64,000 nt of DNA from Phoronis australis (lineage: Eukaryota > Animalia > Phoronida), in NCBI GenBank assembly GCA_002633005.1, contig NMRA01000004.1:1121793-1185792 (forward strand). Direction: 5' to 3'. Shown here piece after piece: positions 63,780-64,000 of the stretch. The translations under genes and the position numbers were made by a program. Below the pieces are notes generated by a model. It saw only the letters and a list, made by a program, of their open reading frames with translations. It was not told the origin of the DNA and did no database searches. Each line of letters begins with the position of its first letter. Position 1 is the stretch's first letter.

Positions 63780-64000
63780 CTCACTGGCGCTGAAGCTTCT
63801 GCAACACCGAACAGTTATCTTCGGTTTTGATTTGAAATTAAAAGACCTGCCACTTAACTGGGAAGTAGAGAGGTGGATTTAACAGCGAAGCGTCAACGTT
63901 TCAATGTGACACTTACTTCAATGCCATCTAAGTTATCGGCAGGTGTCACTGCCTGCGTTTGTCAACAGCAGGTGGTAACTAGTTTCTAATAGTTAATATT
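63780..64000. repeat. Dispersed repeat (truncated by window end), related to 33990-34420
   Basis: Same ordered blocks as above. Confidence 0.55.

Overview
AT-rich, intron-rich animal genomic DNA, probably an invertebrate (inference); it is not prokaryotic. Positions 336-18260 hold eight coding exons of a minus-strand molybdenum cofactor sulfurase gene (MOCOS/ABA3/maroon-like). All junctions are GT-AG with consistent phases, giving 1813 nt (~604 codons). The PLP lysine motif (SFYKIFGYPTGLG), the catalytic cysteine motif (RTGCFCN) and the start of the MOSC domain (YPVKSC...DREW) are present; the gene runs off the window's left edge. A compact CpG-containing segment at ~18.7-19.3 kb looks like a bidirectional promoter. 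The remaining ~45 kb has no recognisable coding exon but is T/G-rich on the + strand, consistent with intron(s) of a long divergent transcript. Many non-autonomous transposons are present: MITEs, pogo-like and hAT-like elements, a three-level nest at 38.9-41.1 kb, and a cluster of foldback units in the first coding intron of MOCOS. The most unusual signal is two copies of a Helentron/HINE-like element (8.0-9.4 kb and 61.0-62.4 kb). Each carries an array of 8-9 CTCF-consensus-like motifs at ~140-bp spacing, and the two arrays face each other ~52 kb apart. All calls were made by eye; repeat boundaries are approximate.
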